From the IMG/VR virus record IMGVR_UViG_2974508059_000001, positions 1 to 64,000 of that record: 64,000 nucleotides of DNA; one strand, 5' to 3'. A program made the translations under genes and the position numbers. Under the pieces are notes generated by a model. It was given only the letters and a program-made list of their open reading frames with translations. It ran no database searches and had not been told where the DNA came from. Numbering within the stretch: the stretch's first letter is position 1; every line of letters begins with the position of its first letter. This stretch comes from a virus (taxonomy: Duplodnaviria > Caudoviricetes). Positions 25,875-35,723 of the stretch are shown here, in pieces.

Positions 25875-27548
25875 ATGAAATTAGTCAACATGTTGATGTA
25901 CCCGGTCTATGGTATCCCAGAGCAAATCCGTCGTCGTATGGCGTACAGCTCTTCTCTCTCAGCGATGGATGAACTGAAAGAGATTGTTTCGCGTGAAGGC
26001 CGTAACGCGATTGCAACCCCAATGTATCAGCAGGCGCTGTCTGATGTGGTTTCCTTTGACTCAACGCCAAACGGTATTGAGCGTCCACTGGTTAACGTGG
26101 GCGAAGGGAACATGGTCGACCGCTTTAACTACAACAGTGACAGCACCGATGTGTATAACTTCATCGCTGTTCTGGTGGCTGACCCGGTTAACGATACCCG
26201 CAGCCAAGAAACCCAATTCATCATCACCGGTTATACCAGTCGTGCGGAGCAATCATTAACGGGCTTACTGCCTGATGACATGGTGCTTTATATCAACGAC
26301 GTGTTCGGTCTGCAGCAGACCTACGGTGCACCGGATCTGTTCGGTCAGCGTCAGGTTATCCCGGGCAGTGAGCGCATGGTGGACAACTACGTGTTGTCGC
26401 AGGCACTGAGTGTTGACAACTATCAGGAATCGACCATCGATCTTATCTCGATTGCAAAATCGGCAGATATGGTGCGTAAGATTCAACTGGGTGCCAATGA
26501 GCAGTTCGTGCCAGATGCCAACACCATCTTCTCACCGGTGGCGTCAACGCAGGCGCAGCTGATGTCTTCTCGCCTGACCAACCCGGGTGAGTTCGTCAGT
26601 GCCATGTCAACGAGCTATCTGAAGTCGCGTGGTCAGGACGACACACTGACCGCAGTGGATTCCTTCTTTGACTCTGACGGCGCAAACGGCGTACAGCGTG
26701 AACTGAATGGCATGGGTGTGATGCGCAGCTTTGCGTCATTCCCGTTCATCCGTTCTCTGCGTGAATCGCTGCAGCGCAACACCGGGCTGGGCAGTGAAGC
26801 GTGGCGTAATGCCCAGAAGGCAAACTTCCGCCTGATGGATATCCGTGCGGCTATCTCAAACCCTGAGAAGCTGAACGTGGATATCAGCACCTCGCTGCAC
26901 GATGCGTTCATGAACCGTACCGGCATTATCGAGAAGACCGATAACTGGCTGTCCATGAATGATTACTCGACGCCGGGCTCACTGGTTGCGTTCGACATCG
27001 CTATGCAGCTGTCTCAGGTAATGGCCCGCAGTAAAGTGGGTGCCTGTGCTATCACGTTTGACAACATGATGGCTGACTTCGTGACTGAACCGACGCTCAT
27101 GGTGAACCCACGTTCTGTCGAAGGGATCATGAAGACGCAGTTACCTGCCGCGTTAGCACAACAGTTGCTGTCGGATCTGAAGCGTTTGTTCATCACCGTG
27201 AGCAAGCACAACAGTCTGCGCTTTGAAGTGTTTATCGTTGCACGTCTGGGCACGGTTAACCGTATTGAGATCAGAATGGATGGCGACCTCGTAAAAGAGT
27301 TCTTCACCTTCGCCTCCTTTATGTCTAACCGCCTGCACATGGGTAACACCACTGACTTGAAATACGTAGGCCAGCTGGCAAAAGACACCGAACGCCTGTT
27401 CTCCAGCATCGACGAAGCGTACGTGGATAACGAACGTGCTGTTGGTAAGAGCAATCTCCAATTTAACATTCCTGATGCACCGGGTACGGGCAACGCGGGA
27501 CTGGGCGGTCTGGGGTTATCTTCCGACTTCGATAACTTCAAACTCTAA
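25875..27548 (+). CDS. picA: PicA/Imp1 nuclear protein-import factor (phiKZ gp69-like)
   Basis: 557 aa, TAAGGAG RBS, conserved position after gp68-like gene. Confidence 0.7.
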   Translation: MKLVNMLMYPVYGIPEQIRRRMAYSSSLSAMDELKEIVSREGRNAIATPMYQQALSDVVSFDSTPNGIERPLVNVGEGNMVDRFNYNSDSTDVYNFIAVLVADPVNDTRSQETQFIITGYTSRAEQSLTGLLPDDMVLYINDVFGLQQTYGAPDLFGQRQVIPGSERMVDNYVLSQALSVDNYQESTIDLISIAKSADMVRKIQLGANEQFVPDANTIFSPVASTQAQLMSSRLTNPGEFVSAMSTSYLKSRGQDDTLTAVDSFFDSDGANGVQRELNGMGVMRSFASFPFIRSLRESLQRNTGLGSEAWRNAQKANFRLMDIRAAISNPEKLNVDISTSLHDAFMNRTGIIEKTDNWLSMNDYSTPGSLVAFDIAMQLSQVMARSKVGACAITFDNMMADFVTEPTLMVNPRSVEGIMKTQLPAALAQQLLSDLKRLFITVSKHNSLRFEVFIVARLGTVNRIEIRMDGDLVKEFFTFASFMSNRLHMGNTTDLKYVGQLAKDTERLFSSIDEAYVDNERAVGKSNLQFNIPDAPGTGNAGLGGLGLSSDFDNFKL

Positions 27549-27566
27549 GCAAGGATCAATTAACCG

Positions 27567-28904
27567 ATGAACATTTTAGACTTCTATACTGGCCAGATGG
27601 GTTCGTGGGGTTTTGACCGTGATGGCGATAAGTTCGTCTATCGGGATGACAAGACCCCAGCGTATTTCACGTACAATAAAGTGCGTCGTCGTCTGGTGCT
27701 GCCAACCACAGCCATGCTGAAAGCGGGCATGGAAGATGAAGACGGCACCGAGTGCCATGCGTATCACCCGCTGTGCGAATCTGTGATGTACGGCGAATCG
27801 GGTACCAACCGTTTCATGAAGAAAGCCATCATGAACCAACTGTGGCTGCGTTCGATTGAGCTTATCGAGTACGTACTCGATACAGCCGCCGAAGGTAAGA
27901 AGGTGCGTCTGGCAGGTTACACCAACTGGTTAGCCGGCATCTGCGAAGGGATTAAAGACCCGAAGCTTGATAAGGTGCTCCAGCAAAGCTTCACCACGCT
28001 CATGAACTACGTGCGCGATAACATGGATGAAAAGAAACGTCTGCAGCTGTTTATCGCAACGGATCTGGTTATCGATGGGGTGAAGTACGTGCGTGCAGCG
28101 AACTTCCGTCACTGCTTTGAAGAAGAAGGCGAAGACGGAACCGCAACGTACTTTGGTGCAACCCTGCGCCGTAAGCAGGATAAGGTGATTCTGCATCGCC
28201 TGCTGACTGCGGTCTTTGGCTGGTATCCACCGGTCACGGGTTCTAATGATGACCGTCCGTACTTCGGTTGTCTGGCACGTGGTTGGGCGAACTATGTCAT
28301 CAACTACAACCAGATTGTCCGGGGCTTAAAGGATCACACGCCACTGCGTCCTCTGGACGATGCGTGGATCTCAGAGCTGGACTCGCTGGAGAAGTATAAC
28401 GATAAAATCCAAACGCTGCCGTATAACGTCGGTCCGCGTGGGGAGAACGAGCAGGATACGTCTGCCCGTGAATATCGTCTTAAGCCATCACAGGGCCACA
28501 TCGAGAAAGCGGCACCCACTGCATCCAGCAGTGAGGAACCAGCGAAAGATGACCCGATGGCATTCTTCTCACGGCATGGCGTTGCCCGTCGCGGAAACAA
28601 CTCTATCCTCGCGGCACCGGACCCGTCTCGCATGACGCCGGTACAGCAGGCAGAGTACGAACGTACGGGCCGTGTCAATGCACAGGGCGAAACCATCAGC
28701 AGTATGTCACTGGCATCGGCTGTGGGTAACAACACCACGCTGAACACCAACAACGGTGGCAGCTTGCTGAGCAATAACAACAGCGGTGGTTTGTTGGGCG
28801 GTGGTTCATTACTGGGCGGTGGGTCGCTCTTGGGTGGCGATAGCAACAGCGGGTCATTGTTAGGCGGGTCATCTAACAACGGCATCTGGGGCTTGGGCAT
28901 CTAA
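27567..28904 (+). CDS. Conserved nucleus-block protein (phiKZ gp70 position) with GGSLL-repeat tail
   Basis: AAGGA RBS; YHPLCE motif; synteny. Confidence 0.7.
   Translation: MNILDFYTGQMGSWGFDRDGDKFVYRDDKTPAYFTYNKVRRRLVLPTTAMLKAGMEDEDGTECHAYHPLCESVMYGESGTNRFMKKAIMNQLWLRSIELIEYVLDTAAEGKKVRLAGYTNWLAGICEGIKDPKLDKVLQQSFTTLMNYVRDNMDEKKRLQLFIATDLVIDGVKYVRAANFRHCFEEEGEDGTATYFGATLRRKQDKVILHRLLTAVFGWYPPVTGSNDDRPYFGCLARGWANYVINYNQIVRGLKDHTPLRPLDDAWISELDSLEKYNDKIQTLPYNVGPRGENEQDTSAREYRLKPSQGHIEKAAPTASSSEEPAKDDPMAFFSRHGVARRGNNSILAAPDPSRMTPVQQAEYERTGRVNAQGETISSMSLASAVGNNTTLNTNNGGSLLSNNNSGGLLGGGSLLGGGSLLGGDSNSGSLLGGSSNNGIWGLGI
28755..28880 (+). repeat. Protein-level GG(S)LL repeats, 5 copies
   Basis: GGSLL-SNNNS-GGLL-G-GGSLL-G-GGSLL-GGDSN-SGSLL; codons diverge between copies. 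Confidence 0.85.
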
Positions 28905-28917
28905 GCAAAAAAAAATA

Positions 28918-28945
28918 AAGGGGTCGCAGTGGCCCCTTCTTTTTT
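28918..28945. terminator. Bidirectional terminator
   Basis: AAGGGGTCGC-AGT-GGCCCCTT between A and T runs. Confidence 0.7.
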
Positions 28946-29265
28946 TATAGAATGGTGGAGATAATGGAGTTCACCAGTGGGGCACTGGGGACTTTCAGCA
29001 TCGTGTACTTTTCAGGCGTGAAAGCAAGCGGGTTGGTGATACCGTTCAATAACATCGTGGGATAGATTTGAATATCTTCTAAACCAATGGCCTTACAAAA
29101 GGTGTAGAAGGAGTGGACCTCCGGGTAGCTGTGAGCAGGGTCAACCAGCATATCCGCGGTATCTGCGTGATTACGCATAAAGGCGATGTGATCGCGCAGC
29201 ACACGATTCCTATCCGTCTCCGGTGGAGGGATAATATTTCCTAGGGTGATAAACGATTCTAACAC
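28945..29265 (-). CDS. Small LysM/gpX-like baseplate protein (putative)
   Basis: AAGGAG RBS; ..IYPTMLLNGITNP..LKVP pattern typical of gp53/gpX-like domains; inference. Confidence 0.5.
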   Translation of the reverse strand: MLESFITLGNIIPPPETDRNRVLRDHIAFMRNHADTADMLVDPAHSYPEVHSFYTFCKAIGLEDIQIYPTMLLNGITNPLAFTPEKYTMLKVPSAPLVNSIISTIL

Positions 29266-29290
29266 GGGTGTCTCCTTAAAAGAAACTAGA

Positions 29291-29310
29291 GATAGATATT
29301 ATCCTCATGA
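29291..29310 (+). promoter_or_regulatory. Early promoter motif
   Basis: GATAGATATTATCCTCATGA. Confidence 0.72.
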
Positions 29311-29336
29311 TGCTACACGAAAGGAGTAATTCATAA

Positions 29337-31556
29337 ATGCAGTCGAATGTCGAATTTAAGGGCGTATCCGCCGACCGTGAACCGTTAATCGATCACGTTT
29401 CTGGTTCGCGCGCAGCAATGGTTGGTGGTCATATGAAATCGGCGGTACCGATTGACCATCCAACACCCTCCCCCCATTTTACCGGAGCTGATTCCGAGTA
29501 CGCGAAGTACATGTTCAATGACATTATCGAAGACGATGGCGAAGTTGCCACCTTTGACGATAAAGGTCGCCAACGTCGTGCTGTGTTTGCCCGTCATGCC
29601 AAACGCGGTGATCCGAATGTGTTGCAGTATGCCATCTTCTTCCGCCGTAGCGAAAAGGGTGCCGGTACGCAGCACAAGACGATGATTGATTTGGCGATGA
29701 CCAGTAACTATACCCATCACGATCATATCTTCACCTCAGAGTTGCGTCCGACCGATAAACTGCGTGGCATTGCCCGTGGTGAAATCAAAGAGGTGTTGCG
29801 TGATGATGTGCTGACCGAATTCAATGCGGTTCAGGACGGTGAGCTGGTTGACGGTGTGGCACTGCCTACCGTTGCGATGTCACACCCGGACATTATCGAG
29901 GATTCCTACACGATTTCTGAGACCGCGGCACATCTGATGCACGGTTGGGGTTATCGTGAGATAATGTTATCGCTGCGTGAAGATGAGTATCTGCTCGATA
30001 CGTACGGCACCTTTATTAACGGTGTGCGGCGTCCGCAGTATTTCCCGGAATACGGACAGGCGATTCGTGATGACGGTTTGGTGATTGCTGCCCGTCGCCA
30101 TGACCCGCTCTACGCGGCAATTGATTCTCACTTGGGTGAGACCATGCACGCCAGTCCGTTCTTTGACCATTGTGAGTACGTGGATGCGGACCCGGAGCAT
30201 TACATGCGTCCGACCGAATTCAACGGCAGTCGCGTAATTGACATTCAGGTCTGGCGTGATGAGTCGTCGATTAACAACGGACAGAACAACATCCGTTGTA
30301 CCACAGAAAACAAAACGGTGCTGGATCTCTACGCCGGTGCACTGAAAGATTTCTATCGGGAACTGGTGCGGTTCTACTTTACCATGAGCAAAGACGACAA
30401 CATCGTCTGGTCGCCTAAAGCAGCCGAGCTTCTGGATAAAGCGTTCGCCTCGGAAACCTACGAAGTCTATTCGGAGTTCCAGCGTGAGATGCGTCGTGAG
30501 ATTGATGAAGCCGTTAAACGTGGCGAGTACAAACGTGACCAAGCGGACACGCGTATTCTGCAGCGCTTAAAGGAGCCGGTTCAGCGTTCACTGAAAGACC
30601 CTATCAACACGTATACCGTGAAGATTGTGGTACGCTATCCGATTCCGGTTACGGTCTCGTCCAAAATCACCGACCGTTCAGGCACCAAGGGTATCGTGGG
30701 TCGGGTGTTACCTGACGAGCAGATGCCAATTAACAAACTGGGCCAGCGTGTACACGTCATTCGCTCTCAGAACGCCGTGGTACGTCGCTCGACCTATTCC
30801 GGATTATTCCACATCTATTGGTCTGCGGCCAGTGAGCAGTTGAAGCTGCGGCTCAAACCGATGCTGGAACAGGATCAGGTGAATGAAGCGTTTGATATTC
30901 TTATCGACTATCTCGCGCGCTTCAACATCGATTGGGCGAACTACATGCAGGAGGAGCACACAACGGAAGTGCAGCGCGTAGAACTCTTCAAAGAGATCTT
31001 CGACTTCACCATCCGTATTTGGCTTCCGCATGAACTCGACACCACACCGATGGACATCGTACACAAGCTGGGTGAGTATGCACCACAGAAATCGGAGCTG
31101 CTTATTACCAACTACGACGGTGTGCAGGAGTGGACGAAGAACAAGTTCTACGTGGGTCACGTGGAAACCCTTCGTCTGGATAAGACCGGTCGTGAGTTCT
31201 CGTGTATCTCCTCGATGCACTTGAACTACCTCGGTACCATCGATGCGTCCCACGCAGGCCGTGGCGGTTACCCGATTAACTTCTCTGCGAAGAAGTGGAT
31301 GGGGGAATCCGAACGTCGTCTGTTATCCGGTTACGGTAATCTGGCGGATGAGGTGCACAACCGTGCGAACTCAAACGTGGTGCACCGTACGGTCGTGGAG
31401 GCGATGTACGAATCAGACACGCCAACTAACCCGGGGTATATCATCGACAGGAAGAAATTCCCACTCGGTGAATCTCAGGTGGATAAGATGATTCGTAACA
31501 TTCACCGTTGCGAAGGTTTTGAATTGATTAGACCAGTCCGGGAGGATGCAGAATGA
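29337..31556 (+). CDS. nvRNAP beta C-terminal subunit (phiKZ gp71-73-like), uninterrupted
   Basis: SRAAM, IEDS, SKITDRSGTKG (cf. GDK..RHGNKG), WMGESE (cf. RFGEME). Confidence 0.9.
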   Translation: MQSNVEFKGVSADREPLIDHVSGSRAAMVGGHMKSAVPIDHPTPSPHFTGADSEYAKYMFNDIIEDDGEVATFDDKGRQRRAVFARHAKRGDPNVLQYAIFFRRSEKGAGTQHKTMIDLAMTSNYTHHDHIFTSELRPTDKLRGIARGEIKEVLRDDVLTEFNAVQDGELVDGVALPTVAMSHPDIIEDSYTISETAAHLMHGWGYREIMLSLREDEYLLDTYGTFINGVRRPQYFPEYGQAIRDDGLVIAARRHDPLYAAIDSHLGETMHASPFFDHCEYVDADPEHYMRPTEFNGSRVIDIQVWRDESSINNGQNNIRCTTENKTVLDLYAGALKDFYRELVRFYFTMSKDDNIVWSPKAAELLDKAFASETYEVYSEFQREMRREIDEAVKRGEYKRDQADTRILQRLKEPVQRSLKDPINTYTVKIVVRYPIPVTVSSKITDRSGTKGIVGRVLPDEQMPINKLGQRVHVIRSQNAVVRRSTYSGLFHIYWSAASEQLKLRLKPMLEQDQVNEAFDILIDYLARFNIDWANYMQEEHTTEVQRVELFKEIFDFTIRIWLPHELDTTPMDIVHKLGEYAPQKSELLITNYDGVQEWTKNKFYVGHVETLRLDKTGREFSCISSMHLNYLGTIDASHAGRGGYPINFSAKKWMGESERRLLSGYGNLADEVHNRANSNVVHRTVVEAMYESDTPTNPGYIIDRKKFPLGESQVDKMIRNIHRCEGFELIRPVREDAE

Positions 31557-33652
31557 ATGGGTGTCCTGTACACATTCGCGATTTAAGGATGTTACCTGCG
31601 GAGAAAGTCTGGAAGATGCGCGGTCGTTACGACGTGACCTTCGATGATGGCGTGACCTTGCCGGTGTCTTCACGACACGTTAAGTTGAGTTGGCCGTACT
31701 GGGCTCTGTCGCGTTACTATCCGCAAGTCTCGACACCCTCGTCTTTGTGCTTTAAACCGGGTGATGTGTCAACGGATGACCGTCACATTGACTTCATGTC
31801 GATTGCGGCCGTGCTGGCACGTGAAGCCGGTGTTGATCTGGGGGATACGCGTTATATCCTCTCGCAGCATGTGTACGCAGATGCTTTTAACTTAACCGTT
31901 AAGCACCTGCTGCCGTATTGCACCACGATTGACATCGACACCATGCGTGACATCTACGACCACCCGGACTTCCAGATTATTCTGCAGTGGGCAGTTGAGT
32001 ACCCAACGGGTTACGACTCGGAAGGTAACGACAAAGTTGAAGATGCCTATCAGATCATCGAAAAGATACTGCTGCTTGATCCGAACCTCTCCATGAACCC
32101 GTTGGCGATGTCGGTGAAAGACGGTACTATGAAGATGAACCAGATACTGCAAGCGTATGTGCGTGGTAAGACGTCAGAGATTGACTCGCGTGTCTACACT
32201 AATCAGGTTTGGGAAGGTTTCTTCAACGGTCTGCACAAACTGGCTTCACGTCTCAAGGAAGCGGGTGCCACCTCGCGTTCGCATCTGTATAACACGGATA
32301 ACATCGCCGAAGCGGAGTACGGTTCACGTAAGCTGCAGCTGGTAGCCAACGTGCTCATGAACTTCAGCTACGACGACTGTGGTACCACAGAGGCACACGA
32401 GTTCACCTTCACCGAGCTCGAACATCACAAGCAAGCGTTCAAAGCCATGAAAGGCATGCGCTATCGCTTTGAGAACGAGGGCGGGCCATGGCGTCGGTTT
32501 GAACCTGAAGACTTTGAAAAGGTGAAAGACCGTCCGCTGTTGTTCCGCAGTGCGATGACGTGTAAGCATCTGGCCAAGCAAGGGCTCTGTGCGGGTTGTA
32601 TGGGTGATCTCATCTTCAACCTGTCCGAAGACACCTCGCCGGGCCACCTTGCTTCGACCTCTATCTCAGAGAAGGGATCGCAGGGTATTCTCTCGACCAA
32701 GCACTTAGACTTCCTGCGTGCGTTGCTGAAGTTAATTCTGACGCCACCGATGCAGCAGTATCTGGACAAGTTCGAGAAGGATTCCCAGAAAGGCTTGAAG
32801 CTCAAGGGCAAACCGTTGAACGGTGCGTGGAGCGAATACGAGCTGGTGATTTCTGATAAGCTGTATTCTGAGCTGAGTCAGATTGCGTACCACGAGAACA
32901 TGGACGATGTCGATGAAACGGCACTGCCGGAAATCAACGACCTCACGTTCCAGCGGTACGACAAAGAAGGCGAGCTGCAGTTTGAAGAGTCTGTGGATGC
33001 ACGTATGGGTGTGTGCGGTAACTTCTCGAAGGCGTTCTTACGTTTCTTCTTGAAGCATCGCGACAGCCTGCGTTTTGTGAAGAAGCTCGTTCACATTCCA
33101 CTGGCCCAGTGGCACACCGCTCAACCCTTGCTTATCTATACCAACCGTTCTGAATCCATGGCAGAGTTCGTAGCCGGTCTTGAGACCAAGCTGCGTTCTG
33201 TTGCTGCCGATAAGAACGACGAAGCCGATGATGTTATCAGCGTCGACAACTCGGTGAAGATGAACAAGAAAGGCAAGGTGAAAACCTTAACGCTGGTTGA
33301 AATGGGTGGCGCGACTGAACGCCAATGTACGTATGCGTTGTTTGATACCTTCCGTTACATCAGTCGTAAGCTTAACGGCGTCCCGATGTGTCACGTGGGT
33401 ATCATGTTAGCGGTCTCGCGTGTTGAATCCCCAACCGATTCTTTCCCGGCGGTGGGCTTTGACCGTGAAGAAGCTAACGAGGTGAGCGGCAAACGTTTCG
33501 TGGATCACAACACCCTCATCGGGATTCGTAGTGGTGCACCGATGTTGCTGTTCCAAGGTCAACAAGACTACCTCAATAACGTCGGCTTCTGGGTAAATGA
33601 GAAACGTCCTGCCAGTCTTTATGATGGGGCGTTTCCTACGCTACCTAAGTAA
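31553..33652 (+). CDS. nvRNAP beta' C-terminal subunit (phiKZ gp74-like)
   Basis: Bridge helix ..EYGSRKL, DDCGT, RSAMTC..CAGCMG, trigger loop SISEKGSQGILSTKH. Confidence 0.9.
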   Translation: MNGCPVHIRDLRMLPAEKVWKMRGRYDVTFDDGVTLPVSSRHVKLSWPYWALSRYYPQVSTPSSLCFKPGDVSTDDRHIDFMSIAAVLAREAGVDLGDTRYILSQHVYADAFNLTVKHLLPYCTTIDIDTMRDIYDHPDFQIILQWAVEYPTGYDSEGNDKVEDAYQIIEKILLLDPNLSMNPLAMSVKDGTMKMNQILQAYVRGKTSEIDSRVYTNQVWEGFFNGLHKLASRLKEAGATSRSHLYNTDNIAEAEYGSRKLQLVANVLMNFSYDDCGTTEAHEFTFTELEHHKQAFKAMKGMRYRFENEGGPWRRFEPEDFEKVKDRPLLFRSAMTCKHLAKQGLCAGCMGDLIFNLSEDTSPGHLASTSISEKGSQGILSTKHLDFLRALLKLILTPPMQQYLDKFEKDSQKGLKLKGKPLNGAWSEYELVISDKLYSELSQIAYHENMDDVDETALPEINDLTFQRYDKEGELQFEESVDARMGVCGNFSKAFLRFFLKHRDSLRFVKKLVHIPLAQWHTAQPLLIYTNRSESMAEFVAGLETKLRSVAADKNDEADDVISVDNSVKMNKKGKVKTLTLVEMGGATERQCTYALFDTFRYISRKLNGVPMCHVGIMLAVSRVESPTDSFPAVGFDREEANEVSGKRFVDHNTLIGIRSGAPMLLFQGQQDYLNNVGFWVNEKRPASLYDGAFPTLPK

Positions 33653-33658
33653 ATAGAG

Positions 33659-33684
33659 AGAGGGGCACCCGCCCCTCTTTTTTT
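33659..33684 (+). terminator. Intrinsic terminator
   Basis: AGAGGGGC-ACCC-GCCCCTCT plus T run. Confidence 0.8.
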
Positions 33685-33698
33685 CTCAGAGGGGCCTT

Positions 33699-35396
33699 AT
33701 GCGCTATACGATTCACATTACCCACACGAGCATGGGTATACGTGTGGAGGTGCCTGTCCGCCAGATGGAAGTGGCGATACTGGACTGGGCACAGGCGAAT
33801 CTGCACGCCCCGAAGATGGGCAAAGACCATGGAAGGATAGTGACGGAGAAAGGGGATGGCTTTTATGTCCACATGCCAACCATCCACACCTTTATCTTTC
33901 ACAAAACATTCTTGAATCGCATTCAGTCCATCCTCAATCACGTGGGTGTAGAGTATAAGGTTGACTACGAAATCCGGGAACATCATTACCCCCGCGCAGA
34001 ACCGTATCGGTGTGAATTCGCCAACTACGGTTTTGAGATGGTGGTAACGGATGAGACCTCACGTTTCTTTTACCAGAACGAAGTGGTGGAGACAGCCTGT
34101 TCAGACGGGCAGGAACAAACCATCTTCGCGATACAGACCGGAAGGGGCAAGACCAAAACCTTCCAGAAAGTCATGGTGAGAAAAGGTGTCAGGACAGCGT
34201 TGATACACCGAGCCTCTTACGTTGATAAGTGGAAGTTTGACTGTAGCGAAGACCCCACCGGTCTGCAAGAGCCCGCAGAAGGCGTGCACGTTTGTAAAGG
34301 AGTTGAAGGGATATACGAAGCCTACCAGATGGGCCTCAACGGGGAACTGGATGCGAAGGGGATAAAGATAATCATCTTCTCAACCACCTCACTCATGATG
34401 TTCTTGAAAGAGTACATCAATACCGCCCACTCCAACGCCGTGTGCTTAGAGAAGTTCTACGACGTGATGGGTGTCGGGCTGGTTGGGTGTGATGAGGTGC
34501 ACGAACATTTCTATCTGGTGTATCTGGCCGGGATCATGCTGAACCCGCCGGCAACCGTCGAGATGTCCGCAACCTTAACCCCGGGTGCCAGCAAGCAGTT
34601 TATTGGTGAACGCTACTTAGAGCGCTTCCCGATGAATTGTCGTGTGTCGGTGCCGTTTATCCCGGTTGTTGATGTGCGTGCTTTGTACTACAGCATCGAG
34701 AACAAGAAGCTTGTGACATACGGATCGAAGATGACCCCGTATAACCACAAGATGCTTGAGAAGGCGTTTGTTAAGTATAATGCACACGAGTCGTTCGCCG
34801 AGATGGTGTGGGACTTGATGGTTAAAACCTACCTCAAGAACTATGAGGTGGGTCAGAAGGCACTGGTGTTCTTTGCCACTGTTGACATGTGTGCGTTCTT
34901 TACTGAATTCTTGCAACGTAAGCTCGCGGCAACCGAGTGGGACTACTTGCAGGTGTTCAAGTATAATGCGGGGGATTCGTATGATGACTTCATCGCAGCC
35001 GATATCGGAGTGTCGACGCCGGGTAAAGCCGGTACCGCTATCGATATCCCGGGATTAATGCACGCGTACGTGACTATCCCAATTGATGACCAGCAGCTCA
35101 ACGAGCAGATTGCCGGTCGTCCACGCGCAACAACACGCTGGCCGATTGACCCGCGTGTCTGGTTCCTGCACTGCAATGATATCCCTAAACACGGGACGTA
35201 CCTGAGCTCACGCAAGAAGTCGTTGGGTGAGAAAGTCAAGTCGTTCCAAATCGCATTTTCGCCCTACGTTATCAGGAGCAGCAATGCTAGTACCTCCTAC
35301 TCCTTCGCTTCCCAAACCCCCGTACGCCGGATTGAACTTAGCAAGTTTTCTCCAAAACGTTCTAAGGGCGTATCCCGGCGCAGAAGACGTCGCTAA
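33699..35396 (+). CDS. SF2 (DExH) helicase (phiKZ gp75-like)
   Basis: TGRGKT, DEVH, SAT, QIAGR. Confidence 0.9.
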   Translation: MRYTIHITHTSMGIRVEVPVRQMEVAILDWAQANLHAPKMGKDHGRIVTEKGDGFYVHMPTIHTFIFHKTFLNRIQSILNHVGVEYKVDYEIREHHYPRAEPYRCEFANYGFEMVVTDETSRFFYQNEVVETACSDGQEQTIFAIQTGRGKTKTFQKVMVRKGVRTALIHRASYVDKWKFDCSEDPTGLQEPAEGVHVCKGVEGIYEAYQMGLNGELDAKGIKIIIFSTTSLMMFLKEYINTAHSNAVCLEKFYDVMGVGLVGCDEVHEHFYLVYLAGIMLNPPATVEMSATLTPGASKQFIGERYLERFPMNCRVSVPFIPVVDVRALYYSIENKKLVTYGSKMTPYNHKMLEKAFVKYNAHESFAEMVWDLMVKTYLKNYEVGQKALVFFATVDMCAFFTEFLQRKLAATEWDYLQVFKYNAGDSYDDFIAADIGVSTPGKAGTAIDIPGLMHAYVTIPIDDQQLNEQIAGRPRATTRWPIDPRVWFLHCNDIPKHGTYLSSRKKSLGEKVKSFQIAFSPYVIRSSNASTSYSFASQTPVRRIELSKFSPKRSKGVSRRRRRR

Positions 35397-35664
35397 AGCA
35401 TTATGCACCGATCCGGTGATTGGCCCGGCGTTTCATTACTACATGGTGATGGAACACAAAGCCGGGCTGATGATTCAGCAACGGGGCAAGACGTACTACG
35501 TAACGCGCCAGTCCTCCATTCGGGGGACGGCGTCTTACGAGCTGTATAGCTTTGTGATGTACCGTAACGATCCATCAGGTAATGTGGATCAGAACCCAAA
35601 GGTGGCCTATCGTTTGTACGACAACGAATGGAACACGTGGGTAACGGTACCGCACGATATTTAA
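35284..35664 (+). CDS. Hypothetical protein overlapping helicase 3' end
   Basis: AGGAG RBS before ATG 35284. Confidence 0.65.
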   Translation: MLVPPTPSLPKPPYAGLNLASFLQNVLRAYPGAEDVAKALCTDPVIGPAFHYYMVMEHKAGLMIQQRGKTYYVTRQSSIRGTASYELYSFVMYRNDPSGNVDQNPKVAYRLYDNEWNTWVTVPHDI

Positions 35665-35723
35665 TAAAAACGTTACGGGTATATGGTGTGTAAACCACAC
35701 AACCCCTCGGTAAGGAATTAACA

